From: Podarcis filfolensis
Lineage: Eukaryota
Length of the DNA: 64,000 bases
Assembly: GCA_964270895.1 (NCBI GenBank)
Contig: OZ185435.1
Direction: 5' to 3' (one strand)
Shown: one piece after another, positions 12,049-25,444 of the stretch
Position numbering within the stretch: the stretch's first letter is position 1
Layout of the letters: the number at the start of each line of letters is the position of its first letter
Made by a program: the position numbers and the translations under genes
Notes under the pieces: generated by a model
What the model saw: the letters and a program-made list of their open reading frames with translations, nothing else
The model's database searches: none
Told to the model about the DNA's origin: nothing

Positions 12049-12324
12049 TCTGTTCCAATTTCCATATTTGTTTTGTATTATTTCCATTGGCTAGATTACT
12101 AATTCAACCATGCATATTTTTTTTCCAAACAGACAGCTTCCCACTAACATCACCAGAGTTGAAATCAATTGTCAATGTGTACCTTAAACCTTAGGGGGCG
12201 CCGGTCACATATTTTAATTTAGGAATGTGAGCTTTAATGGCACGATTAATAGAGTGGGGAAATCTCTGAAAAGGATATGGTAAGAAGATGTCTTTAGATA
12301 GGATGGCTTCTTGGAGCAGTATTC

Positions 12325-12555
12325 ATTCATTTATTTTCTTTTAGTATTCCTTTCAGTACTACCTTTATAGACTACCTTTCCTCCAAGGAGCTCAAGGTGG
12401 CCAATACATATTTCTCCCCCTCTCCATTTTTATCCACACAACCACTATGTGAGGAAGCTTAGGCTGAGAGACTGTTCATTCAGTGAGTGTCCTAGCTGAG
12501 TGACCTTCGAATGCTTTGTCTGCCTGGTTCCAGTCCCACATTCTAACTGCTTCAT
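12325..12555 (-). mobile_element. Old SINE with L2-like tail
   Basis: CCTTTCCTCCAAGGAGCTCAAGG, ACAACCACTATGTGAGG..GGCTGAGAGA, decayed tRNA-like head. Confidence 0.5.
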
Positions 12556-12639
12556 CAGACTGGTTAGAGAGTATGAGATGTATTTGTGGTGACCCAAATT
12601 TCACTGCAAATTTTGACAAATGGGGGGGGGCATTCTTGA

Positions 12640-13119
12640 TGTCAGAATGAACGGGCCCCATCATGCAAAGATGGTGCCTGACATTTCCACTATCTGGGGA
12701 TCAGTGGATCTGGACTGTTTTCATACACACCAATACCCCATCCTGTAGAATTCTATCAGTTATATTTTATCTGCGCAATCAGAATGAATTTCTGGAATCA
12801 AATTGCTTTTTCTGTTTAGCCTCAGCAGAAGTCATCATTAAGGAAAAGAGGTCTGAATAGGCCAATATATATGTGGACTGTCCCTGAATCAAGTGACTTC
12901 TCTTCTTTAAGTTCTCAAAGCTCTTAACGTAGCTCACAGTTGTCATCTGAACTAGCTAGATTTTTAACGGAGAATCAATCCCAGTCAGTCCATCATTTGA
13001 AAAATAAGATTTTAAAGCCGTCGTGCCCAAAAATGGCAACTAGAAATTCTGTTTTGGCGATTGCAACTTTGGTTTAAGGAGCCATTTGGCACCTAGTTTA
13101 TATATGAGTTTCTAACACT
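12640..13119. mobile_element. Second, inverted copy of the 8924-9273 element family (boundaries approximate)
   Basis: 12998-13110 and 12715-12790 match the reverse complement of 8924-9045 and ~9065-9137 (e.g. CCAAAATGGCAACTAGA, TGGTTTAAGGAGCCATTTG). Confidence 0.7.
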
Positions 13120-13901
13120 ACTCCCTGACTTAATCTGTATGAAGTGGTAGGGTCCAGAAATGAAATCCACATGACAATTGGCATGTAAGAAACACACATT
13201 TAATGTGGCTGAAAGACACTTTCTAACCTTTTGCGGATGAATGAAGTTGAACACTAGTTACATGGCTTTTTTGTAATACAGTACAGTATCTGCTTGCTTT
13301 GATATGAAGATCTTACAAAAGGATTGCCTGTCTCATTCAAATAAATGGAAATACTGCCACCTTGTGGGTGGTGCTTTGTGTGCCATAGCTCCCTCTTTAT
13401 AACATTTCCTGATAACATCTGTTGTTGGATTGTGAACAAATAATCTTCCCAGACCCTTTGATCATTCTTCCCTGAATGTCTCCTCTCAAATGGGGGGGGG
13501 ATGCATATGTTGTAAGTTTTGTTGCTTTGTAAAGAAATATGAGTAGTGCTCTTTTAAAATTGGCAGCGCAAATCATAAAGCTGTATGTTTTGGATGGAGG
13601 AGTGTTTTAGAATTACTTAACATCCTGTTTTAACATGCTGTTCTCACAGCTTGAATTTTTCTAAGCATGGTTCTGTGGAAACATTTTGGGGGTGATTTTC
13701 TTAACACTGTAGAGGAATACATTGAAGCAGCAAGCTGTCACTGTCACACCAGATGTGTAGCGCACTTGAGTTTTTGTTTTATTCTTATCAAAGTTAAACC
13801 GCCAGACACAGTTGCAATTCTAGTTTATTTTAGCTAGGTTAGGATTGCCTTTATTGAACATTTGCTCTAGCAAATTCTCACAACAGGTCTTTCTGCACAC
13901 C

Positions 13902-14228
13902 TAAAGGGTGGGAAACTCAGACTCTGGGGGCAAATGGGGCCCCCGGGGCCTTTGTCTGGCCCTTGAGACTTTTCTAGCCATATTTTTCATCAGCCTTGCT
14001 TCACACCCTCCTAGAGTGATTTTTCCCTGGCTGGAATGAGTCTGTGCACTTTGATAATGCATCTTGGTTTCCTGGATGGCGGGTGAGAGAGGGTTGTGTG
14101 AATTTGTGCAGAAGCTAGTCTACTGTACATAGGTAAAGTTTATATTTATGCTCCACCCACGTGTGCCTGCGGTTTTGCCTGCCCAGAAGGAAATGTAGTC
14201 TTCAAACTGAAAGGTTCCTTATCCCTGG
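13902..14228. mobile_element. hAT-type MITE, degenerate
   Basis: AGGGTGGGAAACT..GGGGCCCCCGGGGCC start and GGTTCCTTATCCCTG end. Confidence 0.5.
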
Positions 14229-14511
14229 CATATACCCAGCACTCTGTTGCATAGTTAGCCTCGCTTCAGGATGCAGATGTTGCATCTACAAATTTCATTC
14301 TAGCTTCACCCGTCCCCTTCTTAAGACTCTTCTAAATTGTGGGAGCAAGTTGCTGACAAACAAAAATCTTCCCTTCATTTACAACAATAGCATGTGGTGC
14401 TTCACAGTTTCAGCTGTCACTTGTCAACATACCTACACACCTATGTCGTAACTCTGGGTATTTCATTAAGTAAATCAGGCTCTGGATAATGTCCTTCTTC
14501 AGAATGTCATT

Positions 14512-14645
14512 AACATAAGAACATAAAGAACATTAAGCATCCTATTCTCAAGAGTGGCATCCAGACCTGTGGGAAACCTTCAAGCGCAAGAGCGCTGTCT
14601 CTCCCCGTCAGCTTCCAGCAACTGGTGTTCAGAAGCATTGCTGTC
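14512..14645 (-). mobile_element. CR1 3' tail fragment
   Basis: (CATAAGAA)n tail and CCAGCAACTGGTGTTCAGAAGCATTGCTG. Confidence 0.7.
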
Positions 14646-14821
14646 ATTTTTGGTATACAGAAGCATTAATGTAACAAAAATGAGTGTTTATAAGCAGCTA
14701 AGGGGCTACATACAGCTTTGTACATCAGTTATATAATAATGCAAGCTGATGTAATGTTTCATCAGAATGGACAGTATCTTAGAATTATAACGTTGACAAA
14801 AATGAGCAAACAACATAGTGA

Positions 14822-14953
<132 letters not shown>

Positions 14954-15569
14954 TAACATCCTTGTAGATACATAATATTTCTAAGGGATGGGGGGCAGGA
15001 GGGATTTAAAAGCACGAAATGGATATTAAATAGTAGGTGAAGTAATATCATTGGCTTTTGGGTGGATTGCCCCTGTCAGGTATGTGGTCTGTTGGTTACC
15101 TTTATGTGAATAGTTCATCAGTGGCAGACTAAAGCCAAAGCTGTTACCCTGATTGTTGCGTGGATTTGTAGAAAATGGAGGGGTGATTGGAGTGTCTGGC
15201 CACTTCTACTAGTCTATAGTTTTTTGAGGCTTGGCTTTGTCACCCAGACTCAGATACTCGGGACGTTGTCTGACCCCCGACCCAGCATAACTCCAATCCC
15301 ATAGGTGATCCATTCCCTTATGCACATCTGTTGCTTCATCCTACATGAGCCAAGATGCAAGTTGCTGCTGGACTTCCAGCTCCCATCAACCCCGGCCACC
15401 ATGGCCAAAAGTCATGGATGATGAGAGCTGTGCTTCAGTCATGTCTGTAGAGCCACAGGTTAATTAACTACAAGTACCAGAGGATTTGTCGGAATCCTAC
15501 CCTTATGTATACAGATGAGTTAATTATTCTTTGTGAACATAAGAGGGACCCTACTGAGTCAAACCAAGA

Positions 15570-17150
15570 GCTCATCTCATCCAACATCCCATTTCCTATA
15601 ACAGCTGTATAGATGCATCCAAAAACCCTGTAAGAAAGGCAAGAAGGCAATAACTTTGCCATCCTGGTTTCCCTACTTGGCAAGGATGATCACTGAATGT
15701 GGAGATGCTTTTTTGGCATCAGTTCTCATACCTTTTTTATGAGAGGAGACTTCTCCATGAATTTGTCTAATCATCCTCTATAAAACTACTTAAGCCACTG
15801 GCTGTTGCCACATCGTAGGATGGTGACGTTCATCAGCTATTTATGTTGTTTAAAGGTGTGCTTCGTTTTGCTAATCCTGAATTCATTTGTCTAATACTTA
15901 AACCATTTAAGCCACTGGCTGTTGCCAGATCATGCGATGGTGGCTTTCATGAGCACGTGAAAGGTGTACTGCACATTTTGTGAATCTTGAGGCTATTGCC
16001 CAATTAATTTCATTGGGTAAACCAAAGGTCTAGTATTAGAGACGGCCAAACTTATTTCTATTCACTTGCTTCACAGTTTGCATAACTTTTATCTTTAAAA
16101 ACTACATCCATGCCTTTTTTTCTGAACTAAAAAGCCACAAATGCTGCAGCTCTTCCGTATAGGAAAGATGCTCTAACCCTTGTTCGTCTTGGCTTCTCTT
16201 CCCCAGCTGTAGTCTCCTAGTCATCTTTTCTTCAAAAGAACCTCATGCCGTATTCAAAATTTAGCCACACCACTTTTCTTAAAGTACTGCAGCGCTTGGA
16301 TTCTTCTTTTCTGGAAATACAGTATTTGTAATTCCTCCTGTAGTAAACTTGATGTCAGTTAATATGATGACTTCTAGTTTTTGAAGGAATAAATTCTCTT
16401 CAGCTACTGTTTAATTTTTCAATCTAATTTAGGTGTCTTCCCCTGCAGATTAATCCCTGAAAACTTGAAGGAAATAGGCTTCAACTTCTGATCCTTGTAT
16501 TTGTCCTGTATTTGGCAGCTCTGCGCTAATTCTCTTTGGATGCTGTCTTTGGGGCATCCTGAACTGTACACAATATTCTAAATGTGAGCATGCCATGAAC
16601 GAATGCAATTGTGGCTTTTTATTTCAGACCTATTCAGCTATTTTGTTGTTTATTTACCCAGACCAGAGAAATATGTGGGAACTCTTTAATACACTTCAGA
16701 CTTTGCTCTGTTAACTACCTTCTCAGGCAACAAGTAGTTTATGTTGCAAATCACCAGGTAATTTCTGAATAAGTTAAATAGCACTGTTCCCAATACCAAA
16801 CTTTGTGTTACTACCAAAAACAGCAACCCTACTCTCTGCTCATGATTTTAATTAACTACTATCTGTAAGAGGGTTCTTGTCACCTCACTACTATGTTTTC
16901 TTCATCTTTGATGGGCTTTCAAAAAGCATTTGGACAATTCAGAAGTATATAACTGTACAAAACTGGGTGTTTATTTGACTCGGGATTATGAAAGGTTGTT
17001 GAGCGATACTTTCCTTTGCAGAAGCTGTTCCGGCACTTCACCCACAAGACTGATTCTTCTTTCTGCTTAAGAATGGCTCATATTAAAACTCTTTGCAACT
17101 TAGCTGGATAGGTGAGACTGACACATCTATAATTTCCTGGATCCTCAGTC
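15570..17150 (-). mobile_element. Old, fragmented CR1 sequence
   Basis: Decayed reverse CR1 motifs (AACTAAAAGCCACAAATGCTGCAGC, CTGAACTGTACACAATATTCTAAATG = LEYCVQ, AAATAGCACTGTTCCCAATAC). Confidence 0.55.
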
Positions 17151-17259
17151 CCATCCTTCCAGAAATTACATACTCTTTGTGTATATTTGAACAAATAAAA
17201 TACTAGATTTGTACTAGCTTCAGGCTAGAAAGAACTGACTAAAATACTTTCGAATTCAG

Positions 17260-17350
17260 GTATCGGCTAGGTGGTACGGTGTTGCCTTTTTTAATAGACT
17301 TGATGGAGAAATATATGAGCGGAAGTCTGGAGCATAAAAGTACTTCTAGA
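17260..17350 (+). CDS. AGPS: AGPS exon 3
   Basis: ttcag|G, YRLGGTVLPFLIDLMEKYMSGSLEHKSTSR, |gtaagt; 91 nt, correct phases; more divergent than neighbouring exons. Confidence 0.9.
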
Positions 17351-19433
17351 GTAAGTATATAAATGAACTTCTAATTTGGTGTAACTCAGTGCGACTTCTA
17401 AGAGTCCTTTGCATGCAGTTGGAATAAGGTTTAACCTCTGATCCATTGCCATTGTCCTTTTTGTACTATCTGATATCCGATAACTTGGGCAGAGGCCTTT
17501 CCAAAGCTTGCTACCAGTGCCCTGTGGTTCCTTACTATATGGTTCAGTGTCAATCTGTGTCTAAAAATGAAGTACCTTATTTAATCTGATTTGATTAGGT
17601 TTCTTTCCTCTGTAACCTTTCTTAGTAACGTTACATTGCTTCCTTTTTGACACAGGTTGGAAATCCTTTTCTTTCTTTCTTTTAGTGTTTTGCTTCTGTA
17701 TTTTATATTTTTATTTTTTAAATCTATTTTTTATAATGTTACGATTTACTAGTTCTCAGTTGCTCTGTGGATAAAAAAAGCTGGGATAAATATCGAATAG
17801 CTAACATACTAATACTATGTTTCTGCAAGGTTTCTTGGTCACTAATTGTTTAGACATTTGATCAGTACCTTTACACCTGCCCTCCAGATACTTGGCCAAT
17901 TAAGTGATCAAATATAGATGGGCAGGTACACTTTTAAGTTAATAAAATTCCAGCACAGGTACCTGCTAATTCCAGATGCCCTAGTTAGCTGTGAAGCATT
18001 GAAATTGTTCCCTGTACCACTGGTCTCCATCGTTTTTAGCAAGTGTGCCACAAGTCAAGTCCAAAATGAATGTGCCAAGGTCCTTTTACTTTGGGACAGT
18101 TTGACTCAGCTAGCATGGGGGGAGGCAGAGAAGTCCCCTCCATGCCATAGCTGGGATATAAGCACCACCTACTCTTGTCCACAAGTGCTGCAAACCCCGC
18201 ATGCAACAGGTTAGCAATTTGATTACCGAAGCTGAGGACGGATTTATTTTTAGCTAGTAACATTGGCACAAATTTAAATGTATTAAATCTCCTACAAGAG
18301 ATTGGATTGTAAAGCATGCTTTTAAATCCAGGGGAAAGTGTGTCCTGGTTGTCAGCTGGAAGTTTGGGAAGCAAGCGGGCATGATACAACTTGGTTGCTG
18401 TTGAGGTATAATCCTGCCCCACTGCTTTGCCTGCATTCTTACGCTAAACTGCATTTCCAAGTATTTCAGTAGAACTTGTCTAGAACAATTGCTTTGCAGT
18501 GCAATTGTTAAAGCGTTTGGGGCAGACCTAAATGGAGAAGTAGATGTCTTTTCCAAGAAAGATAATGTTATGAAGTACAGCCTGAGCTCAGGATCTCCTA
18601 AAAAGGACTTGCATTTCTACTAGAGTGAAATGGAAGTGGGATGGATAAATACAATTAAAACTTTCAGTTCTTAGAGCCTTTACCTTCCATTCATTAAATG
18701 TAATCCACTTCAGACCAATATTTTAGGTCAGTGATACTTGATGGCTAGAGTAGAAGCACCATGCAGTAGAATATCCCTTTTTCAGTAGAAATCTGTCTGA
18801 TGCTTGTGCCTCTCAGCTGGCTGTAGCTCAGGCAGGCAGAAATGAAGCAGGGAGAAAGCAAGTGAGATAGACATGGTACCCTCCTTTTCCTTTAACACCA
18901 TTGATTTGTGCAACCCAGATGTTGACACAGGTAGCAGAAAATAAAAGTCCTTTGAAATATAACAGTGATGTTGAATGAGCTGAGCGTTGACCACAAGAAA
19001 GGTAAAGGGTTTTACCCAATTTCAACACCAGTAAATGGGTTTGAGTCATACTTTACCTTTGGCTTCTGGGAAGAACTATCAATGGTTTGTCCTTCCTGCA
19101 CCTTCCCTAGGACTATTTAAAACCTTTGTGACCCGAGGAAAGGCTGAAACAAGGAAGGCCAGGCCAGGAAGCTATTGCCATCAGCTTCCAGTCAGCTTAA
19201 GAAGACTGCATTCTCTAGCACTTTTTGGCGTTAGTATTTCAAAATTGTGTATCGCCCCGGCTGCCTTGTTAGAAAGGTGCTATATATTTGCAATAATACA
19301 GAGAAATAAATAGTTTGAAAGGGGACAGCAAAAAAATGAATTGGTTTCCCAAGAGCTTGGCATTTCTCTTATTGTAGAAGTACCTTGCCTCTCTGCGGGA
19401 GTTTCTTCTTCTGAATAGGTGCACTGAGCATAG

Positions 19434-19625
<192 letters not shown>

Positions 19626-19663
19626 TAACTGTATGTTTATTTTTTAACTTGACATCTTTGTAA

Positions 19664-19816
<153 letters not shown>

Positions 19817-20796
19817 TGAAGTCCAATATAGCAAAATACAAATCTGGGGGCGGGGGATGAACTTGATATTGGAAAGCACTTGCAGATGTTGGCAGAGCAC
19901 AGAATCTCATCCAGTACTTGGTCCAGGAATGTTGTTTGGAAGTCTGCCAAGAATGCTGCTTATGCAGCCTGGTGAAAAAGCCTTTGCAAAACACAGGCTC
20001 TGCTTTACTTGTTTGGTCACTTTCCTCCAAAGTGAAAGAAAACTGTCAAAATTTGAAAGGTAGATGCAACATGGGCACAGGATCAAAACATACAAACACG
20101 TGAAAGACTTGGAAGCTTTTTTTAGTGTGTGCAAACCTTTAATTTTCTGAAGATGAAATAAAGTTCTGATATGGTAAGCTTTCAACCAGATTTTCACGGG
20201 CAACGGATTCTTGCTAAAGAAAGAAACCTGAGCCATGCTAGCAATTTCAAGAACATGTAATTTGCTGTTCAGAATGCATTACATGGGTTCTTGTTTACAG
20301 TTTCTGTGATTTACTGGCCTTTACCCAGCTGGCTCCTTCCAGCTGTGCAACTTAGATGCTGGGAAAACTTGGCTCAGTATCCTTTATTTTTATTTCTAGT
20401 TGTTAATACCAGAACACTTGCTGGGGTGCTTTCTGAGCATTTTCCAGAGAAACCAAAGCTTCTTCATTTATGCTCCATTGAAACCAACATAGCAAGTTAG
20501 TCGAAACCAACTGGAGAGTTTCATGACCCATTTTAGATGAATTCAGGCCGCTGCTCTAAATCAAGATATGGACACCTTTCCTATTGACGGTCCTTGCTAG
20601 TTCATTTTCAACTTTTTTCAAACTAGCAGAAATATATAGGGAGGAATGTAGCGCTAGGTAAGCTTTTCAGATTTCCAGGCAAAATAATCCCCTCTCTCCT
20701 TGCCCCCTCCTTCTGGGGGTTCTCATGATCTCTCCAGAGCCAGTGGAGTCCTTGTGCAAGCTTCTGTTCCTGGGATGATTCATTGGTTGAATCTAG

Positions 20797-21146
20797 CCCA
20801 TACTTTGTTGTCTGTAGGATATAAAGTATTTTTCAGTGTATTGGACAAGATTTTTTGACTCAAAAATCACGTCAAAAAACTGGGGTCGTCCAATACACGG
20901 ATAGTGACATGGCTGGGGCGGGGGGGAGAAGCTGTGCGCCACCAGCCAGCTTGTTGGCGGGAGCGCAACTTCCCCCAATTCTGCTGTGCACAGGAAATGA
21001 TCTAGGGAGTGTTTCCTGCCCGAAGCTGCGTGGGGGGAGAGGCTCAACAACTTTGGGCCATCTCCCCTCATTTTCCTAAAATTGAGTCCCCCAAAATGGG
21101 GGGTGGGTCTTATACATGGGGGCGTCTTATAGACGGAAAAGTATGG
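20797..21146. mobile_element. pogo/Tigger-type MITE
   Basis: Right end CGTCTTATAGACGGAAAAGTATGGTA with subterminal GGTCTTATAC repeats; degenerate left TIR CCATACTTT. Confidence 0.6.
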
Positions 21147-21992
21147 TACTTATTTGCACCTCCATCTCATAACACTTGGTGCATCCATAACTCCTTCAAG
21201 CGCTAAGAGTTTTTACCAGTTTGGGCTGGTGCACCAACTATGTCCCTTCCTCCAGAAGCTGAATCTGGCCAGGGTTGCTTTTCAGTAACCTCCAGACCTG
21301 AGTACTATAAAGCACTTAACACCAGGCTGGCCTTGAAAAGCTTTTGGAAGCTTCAGTTAGTGCAGACTCCTGCCACCAGGTGGACTAACACCCACCAACA
21401 ATCAGAGCGTATTACAGAGTGGGACCAGACCAGTTGCCTATTGATTTTTGGGCTTGAATGCTGATTCTTGCTGCTTGAATGCCCTGTTTGGGACTGGAAA
21501 ATCTTATAGAATGCCTTTCCTTTGTGCACTCTGTTCAGTGTCTGAGATCCTGTCTTGCAATCCCACACCAAAGTTCATTCAGTTTTTGCTAGAAGCAGGT
21601 GTTTTTCAGTTGTGGCATCAACCTTACAGAATGACCTTTCCAGAAGAACCCATTATGCACCATCATCTTGGACCTTCAGGTGCCAAGTTGAAGCCTGACT
21701 TTGTAGAAAGGCTTTTGGCTGGCTGTTGGTTTTACTTTCCTCCTGTGTTACTTCTGTTTTCACGGCCTTGCTTTTTTGAGCATCTGCTAAATCTGTAATT
21801 TGCTGTTACTTGAATTGTAATTTTGTTGTGAGGTTCTCGTTGATAATTTTAGCTTTTTGTGTTTTGTTTTGATTTTAAAAAAGGAAAAGTGTAAGCAACT
21901 TTGGTTCAATGTTTAAGAGGAACATGTGAAAAATTCAGAACTAAATAGATGATCTGGGCTCAATCCATTTTTGCCAGCCAGTGTGGCATATA

Positions 21993-22226
21993 CAGTGGTA
22001 CCTCAGGTTAAGTACTTAATTCGTTCCGGAGGTCCATCCTTAAACTGAAACTGTTCTTAACCTGAAGCACCACTTTAGCACCACTGCTGCCACCGTGCCG
22101 CCGGAGCACGATTTCTGTTCTCATCCTGAAGCAAAGTTCTTAACCTGAAGCACTATTTCTGGGTTAGCGGAATCTGTAACTTGAAGCGTATGTAACCTGA
22201 AGCGTATGTAACCCGAGGTACCACTG
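21993..22226. mobile_element. MITE family A, orientation 1
   Basis: TA TSD, same TIR and internal AACCTGAAG repeats as 4058. Confidence 0.9.
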
Positions 22227-22389
22227 TAGTTCTTCCCTGAGCCCCAATATTGGTGGTGCAGAGACTCCTTTTCATCTCATAGTGAAAGTGTCCAAAACAT
22301 TGAGACTTCACTTCCTTAACTCTAGTATAGTTGTGGCCTCTGACATCACTGTAACAGCAAGCCGCTGTGAAATACTTCAATACATTTAA

Positions 22390-22545
<156 letters not shown>

Positions 22546-22827
22546 TAAGGAGAATAACTGTCTTGTTTTCAGTGGCCAGAATCCAAAGTGCTGCTTCAGA
22601 CATAGCTAATGGCTTTTGTATGCCCAGTGGGATTTATTTTTATTTTTATTTTGAAGAGCCGACTCCCTTGTTATGTTGCCTTTTGCTGGAGGAAGCCGCC
22701 TCCCAAGTTCAAATGTAGCACTGTTTATTATTTTAAAAATGATTTGAGCCCCATAGTTAAGTATCAGGGAACTAACATGAAGGCACGTGAACGAAAAATA
22801 ACGGAAATGTGTTTCTTGTATCTGCAG

Positions 22828-22907
22828 GAGGAACAAATGTTTCTAATGCTCTTCAGTGTCCTGCTGAGGAGAAAAGAACGATTGTTTCATTGGACACCTC
22901 ACAAATG
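22828..22907 (+). CDS. AGPS: AGPS exon 7
   Basis: GTNVSNALQCPAEEKRTIVSLDTSQM; 80 nt; with exon 6 forms the PxGGGT FAD-binding motif. Confidence 0.97.
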
Positions 22908-24013
22908 GTATGTGGAAAAAGCATTTTCAGGCAAAACTGTGTAGAATGTCAGATTGTAAAAAGTATTTCAAATACCAAAAACATAACTTAAGCTGACTTC
23001 CCTTACATAGTAACAAAGACTGTGGGGAAGGTGACAATGGACATCTTTATAAGGCCTTGACTATTTTTGGTTCCTATCCAAAAAGTTAAGTATTTTGTAG
23101 GATCAGCATGCTTGGTAGCAGAGTGAAGATTTTGAGCCTGGCTTTCTCAAGTCCCAAGCCCAGCACTCTTAACCATTATGTTACATTGGCTGTCTGTTGG
23201 GAGCTAATTGATTTCATAAGGCATGAACTAGGGCTTTCAGCTTTCGAATAACTTAACAGGTAACTTTGGAGGGGGTGGGAAGAAACACTGTGGTCCTTCT
23301 GTATACAATGCAAGGTCAATCTTTATTTCAGTGAATATGTGCAGCATAAAGATGTCATTACTGAACATCAGTTTGTCCAGAATCCTTTGTCTTAAAAGTT
23401 CTGTATAAAATCCCCTTCTGGTTTGCGCATAGGGTGGAGCACTGCATGGCGTGGTGTTTGCCATACTTGCCCAATCCCAGTTCATAGTGCAACACCCATG
23501 TAACCAGGGCGAGGTGCCCCAGGAGAAAACAGGATAAAGTTCAGCCATTAATATCCAAAGTAGGCACAAGCACATCTAGCCTCTAGCAGGATTGAGTAAG
23601 GGGGAAAAAAATCACCTGTTAATCTTTTATCCTTTACTACTCTGAGTACTTCATCTGCAAACGATTTGCTAAGACCATATTGATTGCATTGGTAAATTGA
23701 TGCATAGTTCTTATATGAATCCATGGGCCTCAGTTCCCTGCGGATATTTTTGCTTTAGGCTATTGGGCCTACATCATTAGAATTTTAGCTCCTGTGTGAA
23801 ACTAATAGTTCAGACAGGCAAAAAATATGTATGTTTACACCTTCCCATTTCCAGCCGCTGAAGGCACAATCCTATACACGCCTGCTTGGAAGTAAGCCCT
23901 ATTGTGTTTAATGGGGCTTACTTTCAGGTAAGTGTGTGGAATTGGCTAAACGCTGTTGATTTTGTCAACTATCAAATCATTTCACAAGTCTTACTTTGGT
24001 TTCTTTGTAATAG

Positions 24014-24975
<962 letters not shown>

Positions 24976-24979
24976 AGAT

Positions 24980-25105
24980 CAGGGTTTCCCAAACTTGGTT
25001 CTCCAGCAGTTTTTGGACTACAACTCCTATCATCCCCAGCTAGCAGGACCAGTGGTCAGGGATGATGGGAATTGTAGTCCAAAAACACATTTGGGGAGCA
25101 CTGCT
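24980..25105. mobile_element. hAT-type palindromic MITE
   Basis: CAGGGTTTCCCAAAC start; internal inverted repeat GGACTACAACTCC..TCATCCC / GGGATGATGGGAATTGTAGTCC. Related decayed copies at ~15360-15470 and ~28345-28440. Confidence 0.7.
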
Positions 25106-25183
25106 GTGGAACTTGTCTAAAAGCATTCTCAAGTCCTACATACTTTAAAACATGTTTGAATCAACTACTTGCAATACTTAGTA

Positions 25184-25444
25184 CAGTCGTACCTTGGGTT
25201 ACAGACGCTTCAGGCTGCGTTTTTTTGGGATATGGACGCACTGAAACCCGTAAGTACTGGAACGGGTTACTTCCGGGTTTCAGCAGCCGCGCATATGCAG
25301 AAGCGCTAAATCACTCTTTATGCATCCGCAGAAGCGATGAATCGCAACCCGCACGTGCGCAGACGCGGTGCTGTGGGTTGCGAACGCTGCAGGTTGCGAA
25401 CGTGCTTCCCTCACAGATCACGTTCACAACCCGAGCGTCCACTG
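25184..25444. mobile_element. Tc1/mariner MITE related to family B, inverted
   Basis: TA TSD, CAGTCGTACCTTGG / CCGAGCGTCCACTG termini, similar CpG-rich interior. Confidence 0.8.

Noticed and set aside
18102-18110. TGACTCAGC antioxidant-response core (NFE2L2 is a neighbour in other vertebrates)
   Set aside because: One 9-mer in 128 kb of both strands is about what chance predicts, and the flanks do not fit the extended consensus.
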